The notes under the pieces were generated by a model. That model did not search any database. It was not told the origin of the DNA and saw only the letters and a list, made by a program, of their open reading frames with translations. Both the position numbers and the translations under genes were made by a program. From positions 66,525 to 130,524 of the forward strand of contig DEKX01000037.1 of the NCBI GenBank assembly GCA_002354095.1: 64,000 bases of DNA, read 5' to 3'. This DNA comes from Prevotella sp. UBA2711. GTDB taxonomy: Bacteria; Bacteroidota; Bacteroidia; Bacteroidales; Bacteroidaceae. This document shows positions 30,764 to 40,133 of this stretch, piece after piece; the first letter of the stretch is position 1, and every line of letters starts with the position of its first letter.

Positions 30764-32524
30764 TCAGAACCTCCAGGCTACGCCCGCCAGCAGTGCCGAG
30801 AGCTTCGAGTAGAACATGTCGTGCCATTGCAGGTGGAAGTCCCAGTGGTCAAATATCTGCTTGTTTGCCTGCAGCGAGCCGTAGAACGCCGTATTGTCCA
30901 TCATGGCACGGCGGGGCGCATTGGCAGAGAACCATACCAGACGGGCCGAGGCCTGCCAACCACCGGACAGACTCACCACAGGCACCAGGCGTACATCAGC
31001 AAAGGTGGTGCTGGGTGTGCCGTTCATGGAGAGACGGCAGACATCGAAACCGCCCGTCAGCGCCAGGATGCCGAAACGCGTGTAGACGACACCACCGATG
31101 GTCCAATAGTCGTCAGACTTGTCGGTATGGTAGATGCTGCCCGTCAGCGAGGCATTGAAGCGGCGCGTACCATAATTGTAAGCCAGTTTGTATTGGTCAA
31201 TCTTGGTTTCCTCGAGCAGTGGATTACCAGCAGTGAGTTTGCCTGCCGCATTGGGCCAGGCAGCAGGAAACAGCCCCAAAGCTGATGGGTGGCGGAACTT
31301 ACGGTAGTAAGCCGCCTGCAACTGATGACCGCCAGGCAGACGGCATATAGCACTGGCCTGGAAGTGGTAGCGCGTGTCGTTCTTGGACCAGTCGTTGCCA
31401 TAGTCTTTCTGCTGGTAGTGATAGAACATGACGCGAGAGCCGGCGGTAAGTCGCAGCGGTCCCACAAGGTAGTTCAGTTGCAGATAGATGTCGTTGTTGA
31501 TGACATGGAGGGTGCTCTCTTCGTCGAAGGCACTGCCATCCTCCAGGGGACTTTGGCTGATGCCATAGCGCTGGAGGTCGAAATCGCCCTCGTAGCCCAG
31601 CATCATCGACAATCCTTTGACGGGCAGCGGGGTGTTGAGTTCGAGCATAACCATCGGTATGTTGGAGCGTTGCTTCAGGCGGCGACAGGCCTGATCGGAG
31701 ACATTCATCACGTCGCTGGGCGAAGTTTTGTGTTGCCATGAGAGCAAGGTGAGCAGTTCGGTACCTGCATCGTTGAACGTATGGAACCAGCGGAAGCGGG
31801 CCATGAAAGACTCGTTGCGATTGTGCTGCGAGGTGCCGTCAGTGCCTGCGTCACTCACCGCCGATGACTGCGTGACATAACTCAGCAGGCGGTCGCGTGA
31901 TGACAGGCGGCTGGTCATTTGCAGGTGAAGGTGCTCGGCATTGTTCACCGTACCGCGCAGGTCGCTGTGCGTATAGTCCACCGTACCCCAGAGGTCGGTA
32001 TGCTGATTGCCATAGTGCAACTGGGCTGACGGTGCCAGCAGGTGGTCGGTGCCACCCTGCATCGAGACCTGTCCGTGAGCGCCCTTCTCAGCCTTCAGCA
32101 GGTTTATGTCTATGACGCGCCCGTCACCATTACGCCCTTTGGCCACGCCCGCATTGTCGCATATCTGGACCTTGCTGACAAGGCGTGCCTTAATCTGGGT
32201 GAGTTGCAGGCGCAGGTCGCCGCTGACAGCCACGTTGTCTATGCGCAACTGCCAGCCGTCGAAAGGGCTCGCACCTTGCAACAGGTCGTCGAAACCTGCC
32301 GCCATCAGGTCTGGATACATATCGAGGATATCCATCAGCGTCTCCTCGCCACTCAGTTCCATGCGTTGCGGATATATTAAGGTACGGTCGCCCCGCATTT
32401 CCACCACAGGTTGCTCGGTGTCAGGGGCTGCCGCGCATGCCACGCCTGCCGTCATCAGGGATATCCATAGGATTGTTGCTCTCGCAATCTGGCTCATCAG
32501 CGTCACATCGGGCAATTTTGTCAT
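30764..32524 (-). CDS. Outer-membrane beta-barrel protein with plug-like N-terminus
   Basis: Signal peptide, TLMDILDMYP, RVIDINL, alternating strands, C-terminal VAWRF. Start moved to 32524, below the -7 box at 32550-32557. Confidence 0.75.
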   Translation of the reverse strand: MTKLPDVTLMSQIARATILWISLMTAGVACAAAPDTEQPVVEMRGDRTLIYPQRMELSGEETLMDILDMYPDLMAAGFDDLLQGASPFDGWQLRIDNVAVSGDLRLQLTQIKARLVSKVQICDNAGVAKGRNGDGRVIDINLLKAEKGAHGQVSMQGGTDHLLAPSAQLHYGNQHTDLWGTVDYTHSDLRGTVNNAEHLHLQMTSRLSSRDRLLSYVTQSSAVSDAGTDGTSQHNRNESFMARFRWFHTFNDAGTELLTLLSWQHKTSPSDVMNVSDQACRRLKQRSNIPMVMLELNTPLPVKGLSMMLGYEGDFDLQRYGISQSPLEDGSAFDEESTLHVINNDIYLQLNYLVGPLRLTAGSRVMFYHYQQKDYGNDWSKNDTRYHFQASAICRLPGGHQLQAAYYRKFRHPSALGLFPAAWPNAAGKLTAGNPLLEETKIDQYKLAYNYGTRRFNASLTGSIYHTDKSDDYWTIGGVVYTRFGILALTGGFDVCRLSMNGTPSTTFADVRLVPVVSLSGGWQASARLVWFSANAPRRAMMDNTAFYGSLQANKQIFDHWDFHLQWHDMFYSKLSALLAGVAWRF

Positions 32525-32633
32525 GGCAAAATAGTTTAGAAGTATTTGGCAAAGATAAGAATTATTTTTCAAATTTGCAAGTTTACTAAAGAATGAATTC
32601 ATTATTGTATGTGCATCAGGGAGTGAACTGCTT

Positions 32634-32669
32634 GTATTTAACAAACTTTTTCCAAATTGCGATAAATAT
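32634..32669 (+). repeat. 36-bp direct repeat, copy B
   Basis: GTATTTAACAAA-cttttt-CCAAATTGCGATAAATAT. Confidence 0.85.
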
Positions 32670-32736
32670 ATTGGGAATTCAGAATAATTGATTATCTTTG
32701 CAAACGAAACAAATATGGGCAAACGAAATAAGGAGG

Positions 32737-33996
32737 ATGAATAATGGTTTCCTGATAGCAGCACCTATGAGCGGCTCTGGCAAAACAACTGTTGCCAGAG
32801 GGCTGATGGCATTGCTGACGGAACAGGGACATACGGTGCAACCCTTTAAGTGCGGACCCGACTATATCGACACAAAATTCCATGAAGCGGTTTGTGGGCG
32901 CCCCTCGGTGAATCTTGATACGTTTATGGCTACGCCTAAGCATGTGAGGGCGCTCTTCGAGCACTACAGCGAGGGGGCAGACGTGAGTATCGTGGAAGGT
33001 ATGATGGGGCTCTTCGACGGCTACGACCGCGACAGAGGCTCTTCGGCAGAGGTAGCGCGCGTATTGGATATCCCCATCGTGCTGGTAGTCGATGCCAAGT
33101 CGGCAGCTTATTCAATGGCAGCACTGTTGACGGGTTTCCTCCATTTCCGTGACGATATTCGTTTTGCGGGCGTGATATTTAATAAGGTGGGGTCGGAGCG
33201 TCATCTCCAGATGCTTCAGGATGTATGCGACGACCTGCATATTTCGTGTCTGGGCTATGTGAAGAAGAACGCTCAACTGGAACAAGGCTCCCGTTACTTA
33301 GGGCTCGACTTCTCCCAACAGACAGGGCGGCAGGAGCTGTTGGATTGTTTCCATAGTTCCCTGCATTTATTCCCAAGGTGGGAATGTTTTATTCCCAAGG
33401 TGGGAACATTTCATTCCCAAGGTGGGAATATTTTGTCCGCAACAAGGGGACTACGCGTGGCTATGGCTCGAAACAGCGAAAGCTTCAGTTTCGTCTATCA
33501 AGAGACGCTTGATTCTTTGGGCGAAATTACCTACTTCGACCCAGAGAAGGACGTTCCCCAACTCACCGACATTGACTTACTCTACCTGCCCGGTGGGTAT
33601 CCTGAGAAGCATGCCGAGGCACTTACCAAGAACGAAGCCTGTCGCCAAGCCATTCGCGATTATGCCGAACGGGGCGGTCGCATCGTGGCTGAGTGTGGGG
33701 GCATGATGTATCTCTGTCAGAGCATCATGACCGACGAGGGGGAATATCCGATGTGTGGCGTTCTGCCCTACAAGATTTCGGCACGCAAGGCTGACCGCAA
33801 GCTATCGCTGGGCTATCGCCGCTTTGAACTGGGCGGCAAGGAGTATCGTGGACATGAGTTCCACTACAGTCAGTTTGTGGGCGAAACGCCCCCTTCCGTC
33901 ACCCAGGTCTATGACGCCAAGGGACGCCCCGTTGCCACCCCTGTGTTCAAATATAAGAATGTATTAGCCAGTTATACTCACCTCTATCCGCTATGA
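32737..33996 (+). CDS. cbiA: Cobyrinate a,c-diamide synthase
   Basis: SGSGKTT, FKCGPDYID, EGMMGLFDG, AECGGMMYL, HEFHYS; -7 box at 32693-32700. Confidence 0.95.
   Translation: MNNGFLIAAPMSGSGKTTVARGLMALLTEQGHTVQPFKCGPDYIDTKFHEAVCGRPSVNLDTFMATPKHVRALFEHYSEGADVSIVEGMMGLFDGYDRDRGSSAEVARVLDIPIVLVVDAKSAAYSMAALLTGFLHFRDDIRFAGVIFNKVGSERHLQMLQDVCDDLHISCLGYVKKNAQLEQGSRYLGLDFSQQTGRQELLDCFHSSLHLFPRWECFIPKVGTFHSQGGNILSATRGLRVAMARNSESFSFVYQETLDSLGEITYFDPEKDVPQLTDIDLLYLPGGYPEKHAEALTKNEACRQAIRDYAERGGRIVAECGGMMYLCQSIMTDEGEYPMCGVLPYKISARKADRKLSLGYRRFELGGKEYRGHEFHYSQFVGETPPSVTQVYDAKGRPVATPVFKYKNVLASYTHLYPL
33369..33434. repeat. Three tandem 22-bp palindromic units inside cbiA
   Basis: ATTCCCAAGGTGGGAA at 33369, 33391 and 33413. 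Confidence 0.9.
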
Positions 33997-35444
33997 AACA
34001 ATTACACCCCTTGATGCTGGCAGGAACAGGCAGCGATGTCGGTAAGAGCATCGTTGCGGCGGCTTTCTGTCGCATCTTCCTGCAAGACGGCTATCAGCCT
34101 GCCCCTTTCAAAGCCCAGAACATGGCGCTCAACAGCTATGCCACCCCAGAGGGTTTGGAGATAGGGCGCGCTCAGGCAGTACAGGCAGAGGCAGCCGGTA
34201 TTCCCTGTCATACGGATATGAACCCGCTGCTCTTGAAACCTCAGAGTGACCATACGTCGCAAGTGGTACTGCATGGCAGACCGATTGGCAATAAGAATGC
34301 GTATGAATATTGGAGGAAGCACACTGGTGAGATTGACTTCCGTCAGGAGGTGTGCGATGCTTTCGACCGACTGGCAGCACGTTACAACCCTATAGTGATG
34401 GAGGGGGCTGGCAGTATTTCGGAAATCAATCTGCGCGATACCGATTTGGTGAATCTGCCGATGGCACGTCATGCCAAGGCTGATGTCATCCTTGTGGGCG
34501 ATATTGACAGGGGTGGCGTTTTTGCTTCCGTCTATGGCAGCATTGCCTTGCAGACGCCTGAGGACCGCCAACTCATTAAAGGCATCATTATCAACAAGTT
34601 CCGTGGCGATTTGCGCCTTTTCGAAGAGGGACGGCACATGCTGGAACAGATTTGCGGTATTCCCGTATTGGGGGTTATCCCCTACTTGAAGGATATCCAT
34701 ATCGAAGAGGAAGACAGTGTGGCATTGGCTATGAAAAGTTCAAAGTTCATAGTTCATAGTTCAAAGGTGAACGTGGCAGTCATCATGTTGCGCCACATCA
34801 GCAACTACACCGACTTCAATGTCCTGGAACAGGACCCACGCGTACACCTGTTCTATACCAATAATGTGGATGACATCCGCCAGTCGGACATCATCATCCT
34901 GCCAGGCACGAAATCGACCCTCAACGACCTCTACGAACTGCGCCGCAACGGGTGTGCACAGGCTATTATACAGGCTCACCGTGAGGGGGCTGTGGTACTG
35001 GGCATCTGTGGCGGTTACCAGATGCTGGGACAGGAGGTGAGCGACCCGCAGCATGTGGAGGGCGACATCGAGCGACTGCCTGGTCTGGGGCTTCTGCCTA
35101 TCACTACGACAATGGAGGGTGAGAAAGTGACGCGACAGACGGAATTCCTGTATCATGGACAACTGCTGAAGGGTTACGAGATTCACATGGGACAGACGAC
35201 TGCCCCACCCGATGGCGGATATGTCTGGGAGGGTCATCACTGTCTGGGAACGTATATTCACGGCATCCTCGACAATGCTGCCTTCATCAACCGACTATTG
35301 GAGCCCTTTAAGGAAAAGATACAGGAACGCACCAGCCATTTCGACTACCAGACCTACAAGGAAGAGCAATACAATCGCTTGGCTGAGCATGTGCGCCGAC
35401 ATGTAGATATGGACAAAATCTATGAAATACTGACCCATGACTAA
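33993..35444 (+). CDS. cobQ: Cobyric acid synthase
   Basis: GTGSDVGKS, PFKAQNMALNS, VMEGAGS, GICGGYQMLG, GYEIHMG. Confidence 0.96.
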   Translation: MKQLHPLMLAGTGSDVGKSIVAAAFCRIFLQDGYQPAPFKAQNMALNSYATPEGLEIGRAQAVQAEAAGIPCHTDMNPLLLKPQSDHTSQVVLHGRPIGNKNAYEYWRKHTGEIDFRQEVCDAFDRLAARYNPIVMEGAGSISEINLRDTDLVNLPMARHAKADVILVGDIDRGGVFASVYGSIALQTPEDRQLIKGIIINKFRGDLRLFEEGRHMLEQICGIPVLGVIPYLKDIHIEEEDSVALAMKSSKFIVHSSKVNVAVIMLRHISNYTDFNVLEQDPRVHLFYTNNVDDIRQSDIIILPGTKSTLNDLYELRRNGCAQAIIQAHREGAVVLGICGGYQMLGQEVSDPQHVEGDIERLPGLGLLPITTTMEGEKVTRQTEFLYHGQLLKGYEIHMGQTTAPPDGGYVWEGHHCLGTYIHGILDNAAFINRLLEPFKEKIQERTSHFDYQTYKEEQYNRLAEHVRRHVDMDKIYEILTHD

Positions 35445-36366
35445 ACTGCTGGCTCTACTTTTCGGATGGATTCTCGACCTCCTGCTGGGCGACCCCGCAT
35501 GGCTGCCCCACCCCGTTGTAGGGTTCGGCAAAATGATAGCCTTTGGAGAACATCGGCAGAACAAGGGAACACACAGAAAACTGAAAGGAGCCGTCTTAGC
35601 CATCGGACTGATTCTGGCAACTTTTGCAGCCACATGGCTCTTATTATATGCTATTTCAAAACTCCCCTCGCCTTTAGGAGAGGGGTTGGGGGTGAGGCTT
35701 CTCCTCATCTTCTTCTGTTTAGCAGGCACCACCCTCATACGCGAAGTCCGTGAGGTATTCCTTGCCCTTGACCGTTCACTGGAAGAAGGGCGCAGACAGG
35801 TGGCACGCATCGTGGGGCGCGACACCTCCGAACTCTCTGCACAGGAAGTGCGTACGGCTGCCCTGGAGACGTTAGCCGAGAATTTGAGCGATGGCGTTAT
35901 CGCTCCCCTCTTCTGGCTGGCATTATTGGGCGTGCCCGGTATGGTGGCTTATAAGATGGTGAATACGCTTGACTCCATGATAGGCTATCGCACGGAGCGC
36001 TATCGGGAGTTCGGATGTTGGGCGGCTCATATCGATGATATTGCCAACTACATCCCTGCCCGTCTGACGGCTTTGCTGATGATTATCGTTGCAGGCAGAC
36101 CATGCCTTGCCGGTTTCGTATGGAGGAACGGATGCCGACATGCTTCACCCAACAGTGGCTATCCTGAAGCAGCCTTAGCAGGCATCCTCAACTGTCGCTT
36201 TGGAGGTCCGCATTACTACTTCGGTGAACTTTTCGACAAACCGTTTATCGGCGAGAACGACAGAGCACTCACCACCGAGGACATGAAAAAAGCCATCCGT
36301 GTGAATCGAATGGCTGAGGTCTTGATGGTCGTATTGGTAGGGCTATGCGCCTGGTTGGGCTACTAA
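35437..36366 (+). CDS. cbiB: Adenosylcobinamide-phosphate synthase
   Basis: GDP..PHPVV, IVGRDT, AENLSDG, NTLDSMIGY, SPNSGYPEAA. Confidence 0.96.
   Translation: MTKLLALLFGWILDLLLGDPAWLPHPVVGFGKMIAFGEHRQNKGTHRKLKGAVLAIGLILATFAATWLLLYAISKLPSPLGEGLGVRLLLIFFCLAGTTLIREVREVFLALDRSLEEGRRQVARIVGRDTSELSAQEVRTAALETLAENLSDGVIAPLFWLALLGVPGMVAYKMVNTLDSMIGYRTERYREFGCWAAHIDDIANYIPARLTALLMIIVAGRPCLAGFVWRNGCRHASPNSGYPEAALAGILNCRFGGPHYYFGELFDKPFIGENDRALTTEDMKKAIRVNRMAEVLMVVLVGLCAWLGY
35662..35697. repeat. REP-like hairpin element in frame in cbiB (PSPLGEGLGVR)
   Basis: CCCCTC-GCCTTTAGGA-GAGGGG then TTGGGGGTGAGG. Confidence 0.7.
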
Positions 36367-37140
36367 GCATACCACCACGAGATAGACGGTCAATTCCACC
36401 AACAGGCAGACGGCTCCACAACAGTCGCCTGTATATCCGCGAAGCCTATTCCATATCAGCAGGTAGAGGAAATACATCACCAATCCCGGGAGGAAAATAA
36501 TATACTCCCACGAGAGGCCCGTCAGATATAGAAAACCCACCATCGGAAGCAAACCCTGAATGGCCAGACTGACACCTGCCAAGGGCTGAATCTTGCGATA
36601 GACGGTTTTCGACTTGGCCTCTTCTTCCCTGCGGGCATAAGGCATCATGATAATCAGTTGACTCGTCACCATCTTGCTATAAGGGTCGGCAGCCAGTATA
36701 GCCAAAGCCGCTATCTCTGTGGGCATGGAATAGAGGGTTGCCACCAACAGCAACTCATAGAGTATCAGTCCTAACACGCCATAGGTACCGATATGCGAAT
36801 CCTTCATGATGTCAAGAATACGCTGGCGGTCTCTGCCTCCTCCACCGAAGCCGTCCAGAAAATCAGCCAACCCATCCTCATGCAAGGCTCCCATCAGCAA
36901 CAGACGCACCACCACGGCTGCAATGACAGCCAGCAGATGGGGCAGCAACATACTGCCGAACCATAGTGTGGCAGCCATCGCTCCACCTGTGAGCCAACCA
37001 GTCAGGGGCCAATGTTCCACAGCTGCCTGATAACACTCCTTAGGCGGCTGATGCAGTCGCCAGAAAGGCAGTCGGGTAAAGAAGATAAAGGATGCCCAAA
37101 TGCGGTCGTACCATTTCGTCTGATCAATACTTACTTCCAT
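36343..37140 (-). CDS. cobS: Adenosylcobinamide-GDP ribazoletransferase
   Basis: FFTRLP, GALHEDGLADFLDG, MKDSHIGTYG, GYTGDCCGA. Confidence 0.96.
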   Translation of the reverse strand: MEVSIDQTKWYDRIWASFIFFTRLPFWRLHQPPKECYQAAVEHWPLTGWLTGGAMAATLWFGSMLLPHLLAVIAAVVVRLLLMGALHEDGLADFLDGFGGGGRDRQRILDIMKDSHIGTYGVLGLILYELLLVATLYSMPTEIAALAILAADPYSKMVTSQLIIMMPYARREEEAKSKTVYRKIQPLAGVSLAIQGLLPMVGFLYLTGLSWEYIIFLPGLVMYFLYLLIWNRLRGYTGDCCGAVCLLVELTVYLVVVCLVAQPGA

Positions 37141-37145
37141 CTCGT

Positions 37146-38171
37146 TCAGAAATATTTTGTGATTGCTGCATTTTGAAAGTTATTCATCTCGTTCATCATG
37201 CGCACCGCACTGTCCACGATAGGGAAAGCACAAAGTGCACCAGTGCCCTCGCCCAAACGCAGGCCCAGCTTCAGAAGGGGTTTCACTTGCATGGCCTCCA
37301 ACATCAGTTGATGGCCTGACTCATCGCCACAATGGGTAAATATCATGTAGTCCTTGCTTTTAGGCTCCAAGTGTATAGCAGCCAGTGCACAGGCTGTCAT
37401 GATGAATCCATCTACCAATATCACGAGGTGTTGCTCTGCCGCACGAAGCATCGCGCCTACGGCTGCTATCATCTCAAAGCCTCCGAAATAGGCTAAAGGA
37501 TTGTCATGCTGATAGTTGGCAAGAGCCTGCGAGAGTACTTCGTACTTATGACGAATGCCTTCGGAATTAAGTCCTGCACCTGCACCGATACAGTCTTTAA
37601 GGGGTATATGACAGAAGAGGTGCATCCAGATGCTGGAGGGCGATGTATTGGCAATACCCATCTCACCAATACATAGCACGCGACAACCTTCCTTCACGCA
37701 CTCGTCCACCAAGTCGGCACCAATGGCGACGGCTTCATCGAACTGTTCTTCTGTCATGGCTGGTTCATGCAGGAAATTGCCTGTGCCACGCGCTATCTTT
37801 CTGTCGATGATACCGTCTATATGACTGAGGTCGTAGTCAACACCCACATCCACAATGCGCAAATGGAAACCATGCTGTCGGCAGAACATATTGACGCCTC
37901 CTCCACCTCGTGTGAAGTTAATCATTTGTTGCCAGGTGACTTCCCGTGGTGACACACTGACACCCTCACGCTCTATCCCATGGTCGCCTCCCAATAACAA
38001 GTGACAGGGATGAGCCAACGAAGGCGATAGCGTCTGCTGTATCAGGCACACCTGCATGGCCAACTCTTCCAAGCGTCCCAACGAACCCTTAGGTTTGTTC
38101 AGATTGTCTATCTTTTCTTGTATCTGAGGGCGCATGGCCTCGTCAGGTGATGTTATCTTAAACTGTTTCAT
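37146..38171 (-). CDS. cobT: Nicotinate-nucleotide:DMB phosphoribosyltransferase
   Basis: KPKGSLGRLE, GEMGIANTS, DGFI, LRLGEGTGA. Confidence 0.96.
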   Translation of the reverse strand: MKQFKITSPDEAMRPQIQEKIDNLNKPKGSLGRLEELAMQVCLIQQTLSPSLAHPCHLLLGGDHGIEREGVSVSPREVTWQQMINFTRGGGGVNMFCRQHGFHLRIVDVGVDYDLSHIDGIIDRKIARGTGNFLHEPAMTEEQFDEAVAIGADLVDECVKEGCRVLCIGEMGIANTSPSSIWMHLFCHIPLKDCIGAGAGLNSEGIRHKYEVLSQALANYQHDNPLAYFGGFEMIAAVGAMLRAAEQHLVILVDGFIMTACALAAIHLEPKSKDYMIFTHCGDESGHQLMLEAMQVKPLLKLGLRLGEGTGALCAFPIVDSAVRMMNEMNNFQNAAITKYF

Positions 38172-38674
38172 TTGATCTTTACTGGTATGCCACTGACCAT
38201 CAGCACGACCTCATCGGCTTGCTGGGCAATGTATTGGTTCATCCATCCTTCCAAATCGGTAAACTTCCGTTGGATGGCATTCTCACTGACACCACCACTG
38301 CCTATCTCGTTGGTAACAAAGATATAGGTGGCATCAGGAGCCGTGAAACGATTGAACTCCTCCTTGGCGGCTTCGAGGGTTTGGGCTACATCCGACGTCT
38401 CGAAAAAGAAATTGGTAAGCCAAAGGGTTACACAGTCTATCACCACCACTCTACCCGTCAGGTCATGACGACTCAGAAACTTTTCTTCTTCGATATTCGT
38501 CCATTGGGGACCTCGTCGCTCTTGGTGCTTCTTCACGCGCTCACGAAATTCGTCATCCCAGATATGGGCAGTAGCCAAATAGACGGGATGGTCCGACAGA
38601 CTCAAAGCCAACTGCTCTGCCTGTTGACTCTTCCCTGAGCGTTGTCCTCCTGTTATCAGAATAATTCGTTTCAT
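38168..38674 (-). CDS. cobU: Adenosylcobinamide kinase / guanylyltransferase
   Basis: ITGGQRSGKS, YLATA, HQERRG, DCVTLWLTN, VTNEIGSG. Confidence 0.95.
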   Translation of the reverse strand: MKRIILITGGQRSGKSQQAEQLALSLSDHPVYLATAHIWDDEFRERVKKHQERRGPQWTNIEEEKFLSRHDLTGRVVVIDCVTLWLTNFFFETSDVAQTLEAAKEEFNRFTAPDATYIFVTNEIGSGGVSENAIQRKFTDLEGWMNQYIAQQADEVVLMVSGIPVKIK

Positions 38675-38694
38675 CTTTTTGTAGTATTTTGCTG

Positions 38695-38721
38695 CAAAAT
38701 TAATCATTTTTTGTAACTTTG
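38695..38721. promoter_or_regulatory. Back-to-back -7 boxes of the divergent cobU and cbiH operons
   Basis: TAATTTTG (minus, 38695-38702) and TAACTTTG (plus, 38714-38721) in a 55-bp gap. Confidence 0.6.
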
Positions 38722-38729
38722 CACACAAT

Positions 38730-40133
38730 ATGAAGAAAATAATCGTTGCAGGAATCGGTCCAGGTAGTCCGCAGGATATTACACCTGCTGTGATGGAGGC
38801 CGTCAGAGAAGCTGATGCCGTTGTAGGCTATAAGTATTACTTCCAGTTTGTTGAATCCTATCTGAAACCTGGGTGTGAATGTATTGACACAGGTATGAAA
38901 CGGGAAAGCGAACGGGCAGAGCAGGCTTTTGCGCTGGCTGAAGAAAACAAAACGGTGGTGGTCATTTCCAGTGGTGATGCCGGCATCTACGGCATGGCTC
39001 CCCTCATCTACGAGATGAAACTGCAACGAGATTCGGATGTAGAGATTACAACCCTGCCGGGTATTTCTGCTTTTCAGAAAGCAGCATCCCTTCTCGGGGC
39101 TCCTATCGGTCACGACACCTGCATTATCTCACTCTCCGACTTGATGACACCCTGGGAGGTGATAGAACGGAGAATCGAGGCTGCTGCCATGGGCGATTTC
39201 GTCACTGCTATCTATAATCCCAAGTCGCACGGTCGCTATTGGCAGCTGTATCGCCTACAGGAAATATTCCTGCAGCACCGTGCTACTGGCACACCCGTCG
39301 GCTATGTCCACCAGGCTGGTCGCGAAGAGGAAATTGTGAAAGTCACCACCCTGAAGGATTTCAATCCTGAGGATGTGGATATGTTTACCGTCATCATCAT
39401 CGGTAACTCGCAATCGTATATAGCCGATAGCAAGATGATTACTCCCCGTGGGTATTATAGGAATCAGTCTGAACCGACAGGCAATAAGATTGGACAAAAT
39501 ATCATGATGGAGTCTTTCCGCACCATCAAGAATGAACTGAGCCGACAGGACTATCCGTTAGACCATCTGTGGGCGCTGCTGCATGCCATCCATACCACAG
39601 CCGACTTTGATATGGAGCGCATTCTCCATACTGACGAGCATGCCGTGGCATCATTATTTAATAAGGTGAAGGACGGAACGCTGAAAACTATTGTGACGGA
39701 TGTGACGATGGTGACCAGTGGTATCCGCAAGGGAGCCTTAGAACGGTTGGGTATTACGGCTAAGTGTTATCTGAGTGATGCCCGGGTGGCTGAGATGGCT
39801 GCCCAAGAGGGTTGTACAAGAACACAAGCGGGTATCCGACTGGCTGTAGAGGAGCATCCCGATGCGCTCTATGCCTTTGGCAATGCCCCAACAGCGCTCA
39901 TGGAACTCTGTGAACTGATTCGCAAGGGTAAGGCTCACCCTGCCGGCATCATTGCTGCCCCTGTGGGCTTTGTGCATGTCAGGGAATCCAAACACATGGT
40001 AAAGCCGTTCCACGATATCCCAAAGATTATTGTTGAGGGCAGAAAGGGAGGCAGTAATCTGGCTGCAACACTATGCAATGCCATTCTGACTTTCGACGAT
40101 GCCGAACAACTAAAACCTGGACGCGATTTATGA
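38730..40133 (+). CDS. CbiH(CobJ)-CbiC(CobH) fusion: C17-methyltransferase / precorrin-8X methylmutase
   Basis: GIGPG, ISSGDAGIYGM, ISLSDLMTPW, TPRGY; then HTTADF, GNAPTAL, GRKGGSNLAA. Confidence 0.93.
   Translation: MKKIIVAGIGPGSPQDITPAVMEAVREADAVVGYKYYFQFVESYLKPGCECIDTGMKRESERAEQAFALAEENKTVVVISSGDAGIYGMAPLIYEMKLQRDSDVEITTLPGISAFQKAASLLGAPIGHDTCIISLSDLMTPWEVIERRIEAAAMGDFVTAIYNPKSHGRYWQLYRLQEIFLQHRATGTPVGYVHQAGREEEIVKVTTLKDFNPEDVDMFTVIIIGNSQSYIADSKMITPRGYYRNQSEPTGNKIGQNIMMESFRTIKNELSRQDYPLDHLWALLHAIHTTADFDMERILHTDEHAVASLFNKVKDGTLKTIVTDVTMVTSGIRKGALERLGITAKCYLSDARVAEMAAQEGCTRTQAGIRLAVEEHPDALYAFGNAPTALMELCELIRKGKAHPAGIIAAPVGFVHVRESKHMVKPFHDIPKIIVEGRKGGSNLAATLCNAILTFDDAEQLKPGRDL

Noticed and set aside
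32729-32736. Perfect TAAGGAGG before cbiA
   Set aside because: It abuts the ATG with no spacer, and Bacteroidota generally do not use SD; likely incidental.
32525-32764. 80-aa N-terminal extension of the barrel ORF in the track
   Set aside because: It spans the promoter region and the direct repeat. Similar over-extensions were trimmed at 6351, 6336, 38728, 50688 and 62331.
33369-33434. Possible CRISPR mini-array
   Set aside because: The inter-repeat gaps are only 6 bp, the array is inside a CDS, and there are no cas genes.
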